A DNA stretch of 64,000 nt from Octopus sinensis (lineage: Eukaryota). The notes below the pieces were generated by a model. The model did not search any database. It saw nothing but the letters and a program-made list of their open reading frames with translations, and was not told where the DNA came from. The position numbers and the translations under genes are program-made. The DNA is taken from NCBI RefSeq assembly GCF_006345805.1, contig NC_043022.1:372001-436000 (forward strand), written 5' to 3'. Shown piece after piece: positions 1 through 12,734 of this stretch. Every line of letters starts with the position of its first letter. The first letter of the stretch is position 1.

Positions 1-22
1 AAAACAGAAAAAGTGATTCTAC

Positions 23-967
23 CTTGGATTTTCTCTCTGTAAATGGTTTCATTGCATTCTTGAAAAGAGGTCCAGGGTCAGGAAGAACGATTTTAGGTTT
101 TGTGGGTAATTTAGATGGTAAAGGACTGACATCTTTCTCAGGTAACTCCACACTGCCAGGGACGGAACCAAGGCGATCAGAAATGTCAGTGTTTTGGAAA
201 GAATACTTTTGGTCATGGCTAGCACCGGTCACCGAATCCAGCAGAGGAGAAAACCTTGCAGTGTCTCTGCCAGAGTCGCTTGGTGTGAAAGAACGTTCTC
301 TCACTGGTGGAGAGTGCCGTCCATTATGGAATCTTTTCAGGAAACTTTCCAGCTCAATGGCTTTGACAGGCGGCAGTGACTTGAGAAAAGCTTCAGCTGT
401 GCTGTCGTCTTCATAATTGTAATCCTCATCACAATCAGAGAACTGAACTGAGGAACTTTTTACAGAAGCAACTTCATCAGTTTTGTCTCCTTCGCTTAGA
501 CCATTCTCTTGACTGAGTTCTCTGGAGATTTGTTCCATGGACGATGAGACAACTGAAGATGTTGTTGATGCGGAGGGAGACAAACCATCGTTTTCTTCTG
601 TAAAATCTTTGGAAGCAGATTTGTTCTTAGGTTTTCCCTTTTTCTTGGATTTTGGTTTTACCTGTTCCCTGTCCCTGGGGGATGTTTCGGTGTCAGATAC
701 GAGTTTTGGTCCTGAATTGAACCAAGAGGTTTTCTCTGTTGTTAAAGTGATATTTGTTGCAGGAATTATAATTTTGCCTTCGGTTGATGGAATAACTCTG
801 GCCAAATCTTTGTTAGTCTTTGAAACGTCTGTTGGCAATATTTCAGTGCTTTCTCCTGAAGACATCAACGAATGAGAATCATTAGAGTATAAAGAATCCA
901 AACGTGGCGTTCTCTCAAAAGACATTTTCAGACTTTGGCTATCACTGTTGAGACCAGGAATAAGATT
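23..967 (-). CDS. Large internal coding exon of an unidentified gene (Ser/Pro/Lys/acidic-rich, probably disordered); gene continues past the left edge
   Basis: Acceptor tttcag at 969-968 and donor AAG|gtaga at 22-21. The 945 nt are open in phase 0 (NLIPGLNSDSQSLKMSFERTPR...PGPLFKNAMKPFTERKSK). Absent from the ORF track because no stop occurs before the window edge. Confidence 0.9.
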
Positions 968-1336
968 CTGAAATTAAAGAATTTAAAAATTAACAACTTG
1001 GAATTCCTCACACAAATGAATTTAGTTTAAATATTTGTGTCTTAATTGCTTCCAACAGTTTCTACTGCCAAATGATTTTAGTAATGGTTCTTTTAGTGGC
1101 CACCACATTGAACTAGTTTACTGCATACACCACACTCCCACCATCAACACCATAGACACACACTATCTCTCTCTCTCACCTACACACACACACTCCTCAC
1201 TCTCCCCTCCTTCCTTCATTTTCATTGCGTCTCATCTCCAAGACTCCAGACTGAAGAATTTTTTCCAGTCCTCCTGCCCTCTGCAGAACTCCAACCATCT
1301 GGAATTACATCTGATCTAATGAAGAAGTCTCTATAT

Positions 1337-1532
1337 CACTGGTTCTCAACCCTTTTACTATCCAAACCAGATCCAAAATTTGGATCCTTTCTAGGGGCCA
1401 CACCAAAAAATGTAGAACACAAGCCAAATAAAGAAAAATTTATTATATCTATAGAAGGAAGACTTCCAAAGGCCACTGAAAATAGGCTTGAGGGCCACAT
1501 GTGGCCCTGAGAGCTGCAGTTGAGAACTGCTG
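1337..1532. mobile_element. hAT-superfamily MITE
   Basis: Terminal inverted repeats cactggttctcaac / gttgagaactgctg and a perfect 8-bp target-site duplication ctctatat (1329-1336, 1533-1540). Confidence 0.85.
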
Positions 1533-1987
1533 CTCTATATAGTTGCCTGAGTGTTTAGAAATAGCAGCTAAATTACATTGATTCACACTTAAATGTCTTA
1601 AAAACAATAACTGGCCAAAAGTAAATCCAAGAGACACAAAATAAAAGGGTTGGTTAAGGTTGGAGCACTTTTGGTCATAGTTTTGTTCAATGAAGGCTGG
1701 CCTGGGGCTAAACCCTAACAACAATGCCCTCACCTACACATAGTGCAGTGTAGTTGTTTAACACCAGGTCATTTCAGACTGAGCCAGCCAAAGATCAGAG
1801 ATGTTCCAACCAATAAGCATTGCATCGTTTATTCAGACATAAGCATTTCTAAGAATACATTATCCTTGTTTTCTTTGTAGAGGGCCGACAGACATTGAAG
1901 CTGGACATTAACCACAAAATATACAAAATTTGGGACAGGATTTTACAGCTGGGTGCGATTCCCGTCACCCTCATCTATTTTTCAAAT

Positions 1988-2316
1988 ATCTTTTATCTTT
2001 TACTTGTTTCAGTTATTAGACAGCGACCATGCTGGAGCACCACTCAGAAGAATTCTTAGTCAAATGAATCAACACCAATACCTGCTTTTTTTTAAGCTTG
2101 GTACGTATTCTATTGGTCACTTTTGCCAAACTGCTAAGCTACAAGGATGTAAACACACCAACACTGGTTGTCAACTGGTGATGGGAGACAAATACAGACA
2201 CACACAAGAGGCTTCTTTCAGTTACCATCTACCAAATTCACTCACAAAGCTTTGGTCTGCCCAAAACTATTGTAGAAAACCCTTGCCCAAGGTGCTATGC
2301 AGTGGGACTGAACCTG
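1988..2316 (-). mobile_element. SINE family A copy (5'-truncated)
   Basis: Reverse-complement similarity to the full copy at 11691-12090. Confidence 0.8.
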
Positions 2317-2618
2317 GGCTTTCTTTAGTCAAGACATTATTAAAAGCACAGAGTGAATAGGTTGTAAAGTCAACCAGGAATGTAAGCACAACCACTGTTT
2401 TGTTGAAACTGTGACAAGCAAAAAAAACACACACACAACACACACACACACTCTAACAGAGTGACTCACCAGTCATTGGTTGGCTTGGGGCTATAATAAA
2501 AAGTAACCTACATAAAGTGCTACACAGTAGGATTGAACCCAAAGCCATGGGGTCGAGAAGCAAACTCCTTAACCACACAGCTACAAGTGTATCTATAAAA
2601 CAAAATGTAAAAATATAC

Positions 2619-2773
2619 CTGAGGTATGTCAGAGGATGTTTCTGAATTTGTCTTTGAGGAGAAACTTTCACTCAAGGGCGCTGGTTGTATATTGCTGGCC
2701 TTCAACCTCTTCTCTGCTTCAGCCACAATCTGAGCAACTACTTCAGGGGAAGCAGGGGTCACATTCTTATCAC
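2619..2773 (-). CDS. Coding exon of the same gene (GDKNVTPASPEVVAQIVAEAEKRLKAS...SDIPQ)
   Basis: Acceptor ctttcag, donor CAG|gtata. 155 nt, phase 1 in and phase 0 out, matching both neighbours. Confidence 0.9.
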
Positions 2774-3406
2774 CTGAAAGCAAAAGAAGACAACAGATAG
2801 GTTCAATAAAAATACTGTTAGAAAGTTGATAGTGACAATAGAATCTTGGTCTAAATGGTTAACAGTATTTGAATAAATAAATGGAATTATATATCATCAT
2901 CATCATCATTTAGTGTCTGCTTTCCATGCTAGCATGGGTTGGACAGTTCGACAGTTAAAGGACTTCATTAAGCCCCGATATCTGATTTGGTATGGTTTCT
3001 ACAACAGCCCTTCCTCATGCCAACCACTTCACAGAGTGTATTGGGAGCGTTTTATGTGACACTAACACAAGTGAGGTTACCAAGTAACTTGCAAGACAAG
3101 ATGCCTTAATTGAGCAGGGTTGTAGTATTTAGGGAGGTGCATTTATGCCAGGAGATGAGAGGGATAGAAACAAGTGCCTGGCAGTAGATGCTTTTGAAAT
3201 ATGTATATTAATGTCACTGGGAAATAAGGGTCTTTGGGGCCAGTTTCAGATGAGGATGAAACTGACTGGTTTTTGTGTGAAACTTCATCAGGGGTTTACT
3301 CATCTCCCTAAGAGGACAATGATAAAGTAGGGAGTTACTTCTTAAAATATAAACTGGTTTTTAGAATAATGATCCCTGTGTCGCCTGACTGACATCCGTG
3401 CTGGGG

Positions 3407-6400
3407 GCATATAAAAAGCACCATTCAAGTGTGGCTGATGCCAGTGCCAACTGACTGGCATGGAAAAAGCACCATTCAAGTGTGGCTGATGCCTGTGCCA
3501 ACTGACTGGCATGGAAAAAGCACCATTCAAGTGTGGCTGATGCCAGTGCCAACTGACTGGCATGTAAAAAGCACCATTCAAGTGTGGCTGATGCCTGTGC
3601 CAACTGACTGGCATGGAAAAAGCACCATTCAAGTGTGGCTGATGCCTGTGCCAACTGACTGGCATGGAAAAAGCACCATTCAAGTGTGGCTGATGCCAGT
3701 GCCAACTGACTGGCACGGAAAAAGCACCATTCAAGTGTGGCTGATGCCAGTGCCAACTGACTGGCATGGAAAAAGCACCATTCAAGTGTGGCTGATGCCA
3801 GTGCCAACTGACTGGCATGGAAAAAGCACCATTCAAGTGTGGCTGATGCCTGTGCCAACTGACTGGCATGGAAAAAGCACCATTCAAGTGTGGCTGATGC
3901 CAGTGCCAACTGACTGGCATGTAAAAAGCACCATTCAGGTGTGGATGATGCCAGTGCCAACTGACTGGCACGTAAAAAGCACCATTCAAGTGTGGCTGAT
4001 GCCAGTGCCAACTGACTGGCACGGAAAAAGCACCATTCAAGTGTGGCTGATGCCAGTGCCAACTGACTGGCATGGAAAAAGCACCATTCAAGTGTGGCTG
4101 ATGCCAGTGCCAACTGACTGGCATGGAAAAAGCACCATTCAAGTGTGACTGATGCCAGTGCCAACTGACTGGCACGTAAAAAGCACCATTCAAGTGTGGC
4201 TGATGCCAGTGCCAACTGACTGGCACGGAAAAAGCACCATTCAAGTGTGACTGATGCCAGTGCCAACTGACTGGCACGTAAAAAGCACCATTCAGGTGTG
4301 GCTGATGCCAGTGCCAACTGACTGGCATGGAAAAAGCACCATTCAAGTGTGGCTGATGCCAGTGCCAACTGACTGGCACGTAAAAAGCACCATTCAGGTG
4401 TGGCTGATGCCAGTGCCAACTGACTGGCACGTAAAAAGCACCATTCAAGTGTGGCTGATGCCAGTGCCAACTGACTGGCATGGAAAAAGCACCATTCAAG
4501 TGTGGCTGATGCCAGTGCCAACTGACTGGCACGTAAAAAGCACCATTCAAGTGTGGCTGATGCCAGTGCCAACTGACTGGCATGTAAAAAGCACCATTCA
4601 AGTGTGGCTGATGCCAGTGCCAACTGACTGGCACGGAAAAAGCACCATTCAAGTGTGGCTGATGCCAGTGCCAACTGACTGGCATGGAAAAAGCACCATT
4701 CAAGTGTGGCTGATGCCAGTGCCAACTGACTGGCATGGAAAAAGCACCATTCAAGTGTGGCTGATGCCAGTGCCAACTGACTGGCATGGAAAAAGCACCA
4801 TTCAAGTGTGGCTGATGCCAGTGCCAACTGACTGGCACGTAAAAAGCACCATTCAAGTGTGGCTGATGCCAGTGCCAACTGACTGGCATGTAAAAAGCAC
4901 CATTCAAGTGTGGCTGATGCCAGTGCCAACTGACTGGCACGTAAAAAGCACCATTCAAGTGTGGCTGATGCCAGTGCCAACTGACTGGCACGTAAAAAGC
5001 ACCATTCAAGTGTGGCTGATGCCAGTGCCAACTGACTGGCATGTAAAAAGCACCATTCAAGTGTGGCTGATGCCAGTGCCAACTGACTGGCATGTAAAAA
5101 GCACCATTCAAGTGTGGCTGATGCCAGTGCCAACTGACTGGCATGGAAAAAGCACCATTCAAGTGTGGCTGATGCCAGTGCCAACTGACTGGCATGTAAA
5201 AAGCACCATTCAAGTGTGGCTGATGCCAGTGCCAACTGACTGGCATGGAAAAAGCACCATTCAAGTGTGGCTGATGCCAGTGCCAACTGACTGCATGGAA
5301 AAAGCACCATTCAAGTGTGGCTGATGCCAGTGCCAACTGACTGGCATGGAAAAAGCACCATTCAAGTGTGGCTGATGCCAGTGCCAACTGACTGGCATGG
5401 AAAAAGCACCATTCAAGTGTGGCTGATGCCAGTGCCAACTGACTGGCATGGAAAAAGCACCATTCAAGTGTGGCTGATGCCAGTGCCAACTGACTGGCAT
5501 GGAAAAAGCACCATTCAAGTGTGGCTGATGCCAGTGCCAACTGACTGGCATGGAAAAAGCACCATTCAAGTGTGGCTGATGCCAGTGCCAACTGACTGGC
5601 ATGTAAAAAGCACCATTCAAGTGTGGCTGATGCCAGTGCCAACTGACTGGCATGGAAAAAGCACCATTCAAGTGTGGCTGATGCCAGTGCCAACTGACTG
5701 GCATGGAAAAAGCACCATTCAAGTGTGGCTGATGCCAGTGCCAACTGACTGGCACGTAAAAAGCACCATTCAGGTGTGGCTGATGCCAGTGCCAACTGAC
5801 TGGCACGTAAAAAGCACCATTCAAGTGTGGCTGATGCCAGTGCCAACTGACTGGCACGGAAAAAGCACCATTCAAGTGTGGCTGATGCCAGTGCCAACTG
5901 ACTGGCATGTAAAAAGCACCATTCAAGTGTGGCTGATGCCAGTGCCAACTGACTGGCACGGAAAAAGCACCATTCAAGTGTGGCTGATGCCAGTGCCAAC
6001 TGACTGGCATGGAAAAAGCACCATTCAAGTGTGGCTGATGCCAGTGCCAACTGACTGGCATGGAAAAAGCACCATTCAAGTGTGGCTGATGCCAGTGCCA
6101 ACTGACTGGCATGGAAAAAGCACCATTCAAGAGTGGCTGATGCCAGTGCCAACTGACTGGCACGTAAAAAGCACCATTCAAGTGTGGCTGATGCCAGTGC
6201 CAACTGACTGGCATGTAAAAAGCACCATTCAAGTGTGGCTGATGCCAGTGCCAACTGACTGGCACGTAAAAAGCACCATTCAAGTGTGGCTGATGCCAGT
6301 GCCAACTGACTGGCACGTAAAAAGCACCATTCAAGTGTGGCTGATGCCAGTGCCAACTGACTGGCACGTAAAAAGCACCATTCAAGTGTGGCTGATGCCA

Positions 6401-6685
6401 GTGCCAACTGACTGGCATGTAAAAAGCACCATTCAAGTGTGGCTGATGCCAGTGCCAACTGACTGGCATGTAAAAAGCACCATTCAAGTGTGGCTGATGC
6501 CAGTGCCAACTGACTGGCATGTAAAAAGCACCATTCAAGTGTGGCTGATGCCAGTGCCAACTGACTGGCATGGAAAAAGCACCATTCAAGTGTGGCTGAT
6601 GCCAGTGCCAACTGACTGGCATGTAAAAAGCACCATTCAAGTGTGGCTGATGCCAGTGCCAACTGACTGGCATATAAAAAGCACC
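3407..6685. repeat. 48-bp tandem array, about 68 units (AAAAGCACCATTCAAGTGTGGCTGATGCCAGTGCCAACTGACTGGCAYGK)
   Basis: Near-identical head-to-tail units, with one 1-nt deletion near 5293. Lies in the intron between exons 7838 and 2773. Confidence 0.97.
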
Positions 6686-7080
6686 CACTTCCACTCTTGA
6701 GTTGGTTGGCGTTAGGAAGGGCATTCAGCTGTAGAAACATTTCTACTATAAGCACAAGCCCTGAAATTTTGGGGGAGGGGTCAGTCGAACAGATCAACAC
6801 CAGTGCATAACTGGTACGTAATTTATCAACCCTGAAAGGATGAAAGGCAAAGTCGACCTTGGCAGAATTTGAACTCAGAATGTAAAGATAGATGAAACAC
6901 CGCTAAGCATTTTGCCCGGCATGTTTAACAGTGCTGCCAGGTCGCCACATTCAGCTATAGAAATCTTGCCAAATCAGATTGGAGCCTGGTGCAGCCTCCC
7001 AGTTTGCCAGTTCTCAGTCAAACCATCCAACCTATGCTAGCTTGGAAAGTGGATGTTAAACAACAACGATAATGATGATA
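6686..7080 (+). mobile_element. 3' part of an RTE-tail non-autonomous retroelement hosting the 48-bp array
   Basis: Colinear with the reverse complement of 22072-22330. Ends ...ggaaagtggatgttaaa plus a (GAT)n-like tail. Confidence 0.75.
6738..6947 (-). mobile_element. SINE family B copy with target-site duplication
   Basis: Matches 24493-24705. Flanked by cattcagctgtagaaa (6722-6737) and cattcagctatagaaa (6948-6963). Confidence 0.85.
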
Positions 7081-7837
7081 TCTTTGCATCAGCTGTAATA
7101 AAATACAGCCTGAAAATGCCCCCAGCTAACCCATGCCAACTTTGAAATGTAGATGTGATGAGAATGATGATATGTACCTACTCATGTACACAATGGGAGA
7201 ATAACTCTTCAAGGAAATGTTTGTAAGCAACATCATGTTGGCAGGTTTTGAATTAGAAACAAACACTTTAAAACAGAGGGGTTTTATATGGTAAAACTAG
7301 AGGTGGTCCCAGGATGTTGGGGAGACTAAGATTGATAAGGGTTTTAAAATGTCACACACAAACACACACATAGACACACAAATGAGGGTGTGTTGTGTGT
7401 GTGTGTGTGTGTGTGTGTGCATGTTCATTGTCATCATATGTGAGTGAAGAGGAAGTGGCTTTATGCCAAGCACTGAAGGCTAAAGTATGATAGAGGGACA
7501 AGTACAAGTGTCTTGCTATAGAGATATATACGTGTGTGCATGTGTATGTATACACGTGTGTGTGTGTGTGTGTGCACGTGTGTTTTTGCATATCATCATT
7601 GTTTTAAACTCTACTGTTCCATTCTTCTATGGGTCAGAGAGGATTTGATTCCCTAAAGCAGAACTTTTTAACAGCCATGATGATAAAAGTGATGATGGTG
7701 ATGAGGCTCTTCCTGTTGCCAACCCTTACCTGTTTGCAAGCAATGTAATATATCCCCCCCCCCTAGTCTGATCAATGTTTTCCTGAAACCCTGCAAACAA
7801 CCAGCCACAGAGAGAGGGGCTGGCATGAAACACTCAC

Positions 7838-8072
7838 CAATGACTGACCACTGCAAGTGGAGGGCTTCTGCAACCGTCTCAAATGCATTGCTATTTTCAA
7901 ATGGAGCTGTATTGGTTGTTCGTTGTGCAGTGGTGGTCGCTGGCTGTGGTACATGTGCCAGTGTTGAAGGAGACACTTCCGTTGTAGCCATCTTCCTTTT
8001 TGGGATTGTAAACTTTGGTCTGTTGTCACGGCTACGCAGCTGAGAATTCACAGTTTTGGTGATGGCTGATAC
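7838..8072 (-). CDS. Coding exon (VSAITKTVNSQLRSRDNRPKF...AEALHLQWSVI)
   Basis: Acceptor ttgtag, donor G|gtgagt. 235 nt, phase 0 in and phase 1 out. Confidence 0.9.
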
Positions 8073-9782
8073 CTACAACAACAGCAAAAACAAAAATGAG
8101 GAGGAGGGGGCAGCACCCATCACAAATGCAAGACCTTTCAAGACAGATGAGATTTATGCAACCGATATATTGTTATGAACCTATTAATTATTAAGGTCTT
8201 GTGTTTCATCCAGGGTCAGCCCTGAACAAATGGATCTATGATTAAGGTCATTCCAACAAAGACCACTCCATCATATTTTTCAAAATTTTTCTTTTCTAAG
8301 ATGAATAAATACTGACAGAGGGACAATAGGCGGACAATCAAGGTGACAGAGGTCAACCAAAGACAAAATGACTGTACCCACTACCTGGGGGTGTACATGG
8401 CCATGACTGGCCAGAGACAGACAGCTGTGAAGGGAGTCCTGAGAGGAGTTCCTTCTTTAAGAGTGGAGCACTGGATAAAGATAACTAATGTATGGAAGGA
8501 TAATACCAATCCTTTTACAAAGAGTAGATTCTATTATGGCATCAGCACCAGAGATGTTGTCATGTTCTCTGCAAGACTAAAATAGTCTTCTCAACTCTGT
8601 ATTGTCTCTGCTTAGTTTTCCATCCGGTTCTTTTTCTTTCTGGCTCATTTCTAGTTCATTGCTCATGCATTATCCATGCAACTAACAGGACACATCCAGT
8701 AGAGCATTTCTTTCTAATCTTCACAAATCCTCTGCATTCAGGGTCTTTTTTTTTTACCATCAGGCATCATCATACTTTATACCTAAGCATCTTACAATCT
8801 GCTCTTCAATCTTAGAGAGAAGCCCTTTCTTACCAACAAATATAATATCTTCCAGGACTTTCCCAACTCCATTCATACACTGGTTATTATAATTCTGGTA
8901 CATCCTGCTCTGCTAATTATGTTACCATGGTAACAAAAGTTATCAACTACTCTCAAGCCTTCCAATTACTTAAAAAGTTTAGTTTGCATCTATACTAACA
9001 ACTAACTATTCCAGTACATCTGCCACATACAAAGTCTACCCTAGACAAGTCTCTTCTACAACATCAGGATAGGCTGAAGCCTTGTAAGTGAACTTAAGGT
9101 GGACAGAAACTGAATGGAAGCCCCATTTCTATTTTGGGAAAGGAAAGCTTAATCTGCTACCCAGCTTAACACCTCCACCCAGGGCTGACTCAACAGCTTT
9201 ATAGGCTCCCAGGGGAAATCAATGCACATGGCCCTATAGTAATTTTTATTGACAGTAAGCTGCAGCATACACAGATCAGAACTGGGTCCTTAGATCAGCG
9301 AGGTCCCTGGGCAACTGCCCAGCCGAGTGAGTGCATGCCTTAAAACAGGCTCTGCCCTCCATTTGATTCTGAAATGCTTTTAGTAGAGCCTGCTCAGTTG
9401 CAAGAATTTGAGCCAGGTTTCCAAACTGAGGATAACTTAATCCCTTCTTTCCACCAGTCTCAGAGGCCCTGAAAAAAGTTAGGGGTCCTTCACTTCATTA
9501 TCTAAGCCCCACCAAAAAAAAAAAGTAAAAGAACAGAGAGAGTGAAAGAGGGGAGAGAGATTATTACACAAACAGAACATGGACTCTCTATCTGTCTGTC
9601 TATCTATCTGTCTATATCTATCAATCTGTCTATCTCTCTGAATAAGTCCTGGGGTTGATATAATTCAGTAAATACTTTTGAAGGTGGTGTCCCAGCATGG
9701 CCACAGTTCAAGACTCAAACCAGTAAAAGAACAAAATGAAACAGACAACAAACAAAAAAGAAAAGGGGAGAGCGGGGTTCAC

Positions 9783-10006
9783 CTTGATAAGGGTAGATAT
9801 GTCATCAGTAGTTGTGGTAGGATTGGTGACGGAGGAAGACTTGTCTGGTTCAAGTTCACTGAAGTTGATAAAGGGATTCACAAGATGGTCGCTTCCTTCT
9901 GGACTTAACCTTTTCTCAGACCAAACATAGTGAACTCGAGTATCACAAGGGTTACCTACGCTGCTCTGGCATAGCCTCTGCTCAACGGGGTTCCTCTTTA
10001 CAGTCT
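9783..10006 (-). CDS. Coding exon (ETVKRNPVEQRLCQSSVGNPCDTRVHYVWSEK...DISTLIK)
   Basis: Acceptor tttgcag, donor AAG|gtgaa. 224 nt, phase 1 in and phase 0 out. Confidence 0.88.
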
Positions 10007-10338
10007 CTGCAAATAGAGATCATCATCATCATCATCATCATCATCATTATTATTATTAATGAAGGCACTGTAATAAATGAATGACTGGGGAGGAGGAGAA
10101 GAAGAAGAAGAAGAAGAAGAAGAGAAGAAGAAGAAGAAGAAGAAGAAGAAGGAGAAGAAGAAGGGATAGAAAGAAGAAGACTAGAATGAAAGAATAGAAC
10201 AGAAGAAAGGAAAGAATGAAAGAAAAAAGAAAAAGAACAAAAGAAGAAGAAGAAAAAGAAGAAAAGGAGGAGGCAGAAGAAATAATAAGTGGAAGTGGGA
10301 GAAAGAAGTTGCTGAAGAGAGAAGCAGAATTTACTGAC

Positions 10339-10549
10339 CAGGAATTCCATAAGACTGAAGATCGGCAGAAGAGGTGGAATCATTGACAAAATCCAAGTCG
10401 TAGTGAATCACATTATTGAAGGAATCAAAATTCTGTTGAACCTGCTCAACACCAGGGGGCAGCTGGAGTTCGTGCTCGAAGTTGATCTGTTCAAATGTGA
10501 AATTAAAAGGCTCCATACAGACCCAGACATTACTCCCCCTGGCACCAGC
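10339..10549 (-). CDS. Coding exon (AGARGSNVWVCMEPFNFTFEQINFEHELQ...QSYGIP); in-frame ATG at 10516 may be a start codon
   Basis: Acceptor tttcag, donor G|gtcagt. 211 nt, phase 0 in and phase 1 out. Confidence 0.88.
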
Positions 10550-10769
10550 CTGAAATGGTAAATAAAAGAGAGAAAACAAGGAAGTAAGTGGGTGAAAAAT
10601 AAGCAAACGAAGAATACGGTCGGTCGGCTGACATTTGGAAGTTTAAAGAAGAGTTGAACAACCGAAATAGTAAGACTTGTGGACACACACACACACACAC
10701 ACACACGTAATAGATGGAAATATATACTTCGGCCCTGCCAAGATCATACGTATAGATATGTATATAGAC

Positions 10770-10944
10770 ATAGCTGCTTAGTAAGAAGTTTGCTTCTCAA
10801 CCACAGGGTTCCAGGTTCGTTCCCACCGTATGGCACCTTGGGTAAGCGTTTTCTGTTACAGCCCCAAGTCAATCAAAGTTTTGTGAGTGGATTTGGGAGA
10901 TGGAAACTGAAAGAAGCCGTCATGCGTATATGTATATGTGTGCA

Positions 10945-10989
<45 letters not shown>

Positions 10990-11350
10990 TTATATATATA
11001 TGTGTGTGTGTGTGTGTGTTTATACGTATTTATATGTGTGTGTGTGTGTGTTTATATATATAATGTATTTATATACATGTATATATATGTGTGTGTGTTT
11101 ATATGTATTTATGTGTGTGTGTGTGTATATGCATGTGTGTGTATATGTCTGTGTGTGTGTGCGTTTGTTCCCGTTTTCACCACTGCTTGACAACCAGTGT
11201 TGGTTTGTTCACATCTGTAACTTAGCAGTTTGGCAAAAAGGACTGATAGACTAAATACCAGGCTTATAAAAATAAGTACTGGGGTCAATTTGTTCAGTAA
11301 AAAATCCTTCAAGGCAGTGCCCCAGCATGACCACAGCCTGATGATTAAAA
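10770..11350 (+). mobile_element. SINE family A copy with expanded internal TA/TG microsatellite
   Basis: Head and tail match 11691-12090. Confidence 0.8.
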
Positions 11351-11690
11351 TATATACAAGATATATAGATGAATGGATAGAGAGAGAGAGAGAGAGATGA
11401 ATACACTAGATACTTTTTTTTTTTTGGTGAATAACACTTTAATATATGAAGCTATTGAATCTGTTCCACTTTATAATATTCACGTTCTAAATCATTCAAC
11501 ACAAGCTACAGTTGTTGTGTATAGTTTTTGCATCTCTCTAAAAATGCTGAATGAAACATCTATTTCGATGTTCAGTTTGTCTTTTGTCCTTGAAAGTTCA
11601 GTTTGCTTTCTTAATGCATAACTAATGTCTTAATATTCATAAATTTTGATGATTCGCTGTGCATTGCAACTGTTATAAAAGACTTCTTCA

Positions 11691-12090
11691 CGCAGGAGTG
11701 GCTGTGTGGTAAGTAGCTTGCTAACCAACCTCATGGTTCTGAGTTCAGTCCACTGCGTGGCACCTTGGGCAAGTGTCTTCTGCTATAGCCCTGGGCCGAC
11801 CAATGCTTTGTGAGTGGATTTGGTAGATGGAAACTGAAAGAAGCCCGTCGTATATATGTATATATATATATATGCGTGTGTGTGTATGTATGTCTATGTT
11901 TGTCCTCCTAGCATTGCTTGACAACCGATGCTGGTGTGTTTACGTCCCCGTCACTTAGCAGTTCGGCAAAAGAGACTGATAGAATAAGTACTGGGCTTAC
12001 AAAGAATAAGTCCCGGGGCCGATTTGCTCGACTAAAGGCAGTGCTCCAGCATAGCCGCAGTCAAATGACTGAAACAAGTAAATGAGTAAT
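11691..12090 (+). mobile_element. SINE family A, near full length (tRNA-like head, CORE-like ccttgggcaagtg, internal microsatellite)
   Basis: A-box-like tggctgtgtggt and B-box-like gagttcagtcc. More than 10 related copies occur in the window. Confidence 0.88.
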
Positions 12091-12689
12091 GAGTATTATT
12101 GTTGTCCAAACAGTTCTTTTAAGGCAAGCTGCTGCTGCCATACCATAGAACAATGACACTTGAGTTTGATTCAATTTTTTTTCCACAAAGGCCAATAAAA
12201 ATCTTTCTCTCTAAATCTTCGACAAAGTCTCTACTTACTTCCTGAAGTTGTTCCATTTATTTTGTTTGTATTCAGGAGTTCATTCTGCAGTCTTAATCGT
12301 CTCATAATGTTTTACTGTTCACAAATTCAGACAATCCATTTAGCACCACAACAGTCAAGAGAAATTTCAATGCTACTTTCAATGCGTGTGGTCGACAGCA
12401 GCATCTGTAGACTCAGCAGTGAAACAACCTGATCTGGTTCAGGGTTATATGAAATTACAGATTGAAAATTCAGGAGGCCAGGGTGCATTGGTGCCACAAG
12501 AAATGTTGTTCTTTATGAACTTCCGCAATAAACCAAACCTGCCAAGTATTTTGGGAGTGAAAAATATCAATTCCTTATTTTCCTGTTATTTTGGCATTTT
12601 TATTTACTTCCTCTTCCTCTAATTCTCAACTTTCAGCGGGTAACCCTTTCAACAATAACTCCATCATTATTGCTGGTTCAGCTACTCTA

Positions 12690-12730
<41 letters not shown>

Positions 12731-12734
<4 letters not shown>

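Noticed and set aside
24-875. Plus-strand ORFs 24-416 and 537-875
   Set aside because: Antisense shadows of the minus-strand exon 967-23.
3407-6685. CRISPR-like array (palindromic repeats)
   Set aside because: No unique spacers, no cas genes, and a eukaryotic context.
3342-6800. 1152-aa and other long ORFs over the 48-bp array
   Set aside because: A 16-codon unit without stops is open in several frames on both strands. It derives from a retroelement and lies in an intron whose flanking exons already join in phase.
10500-10549. Doublecortin-domain assignment from NVWVCMEPF
   Set aside because: Only a short motif resemblance, with no upstream DCX sequence found.
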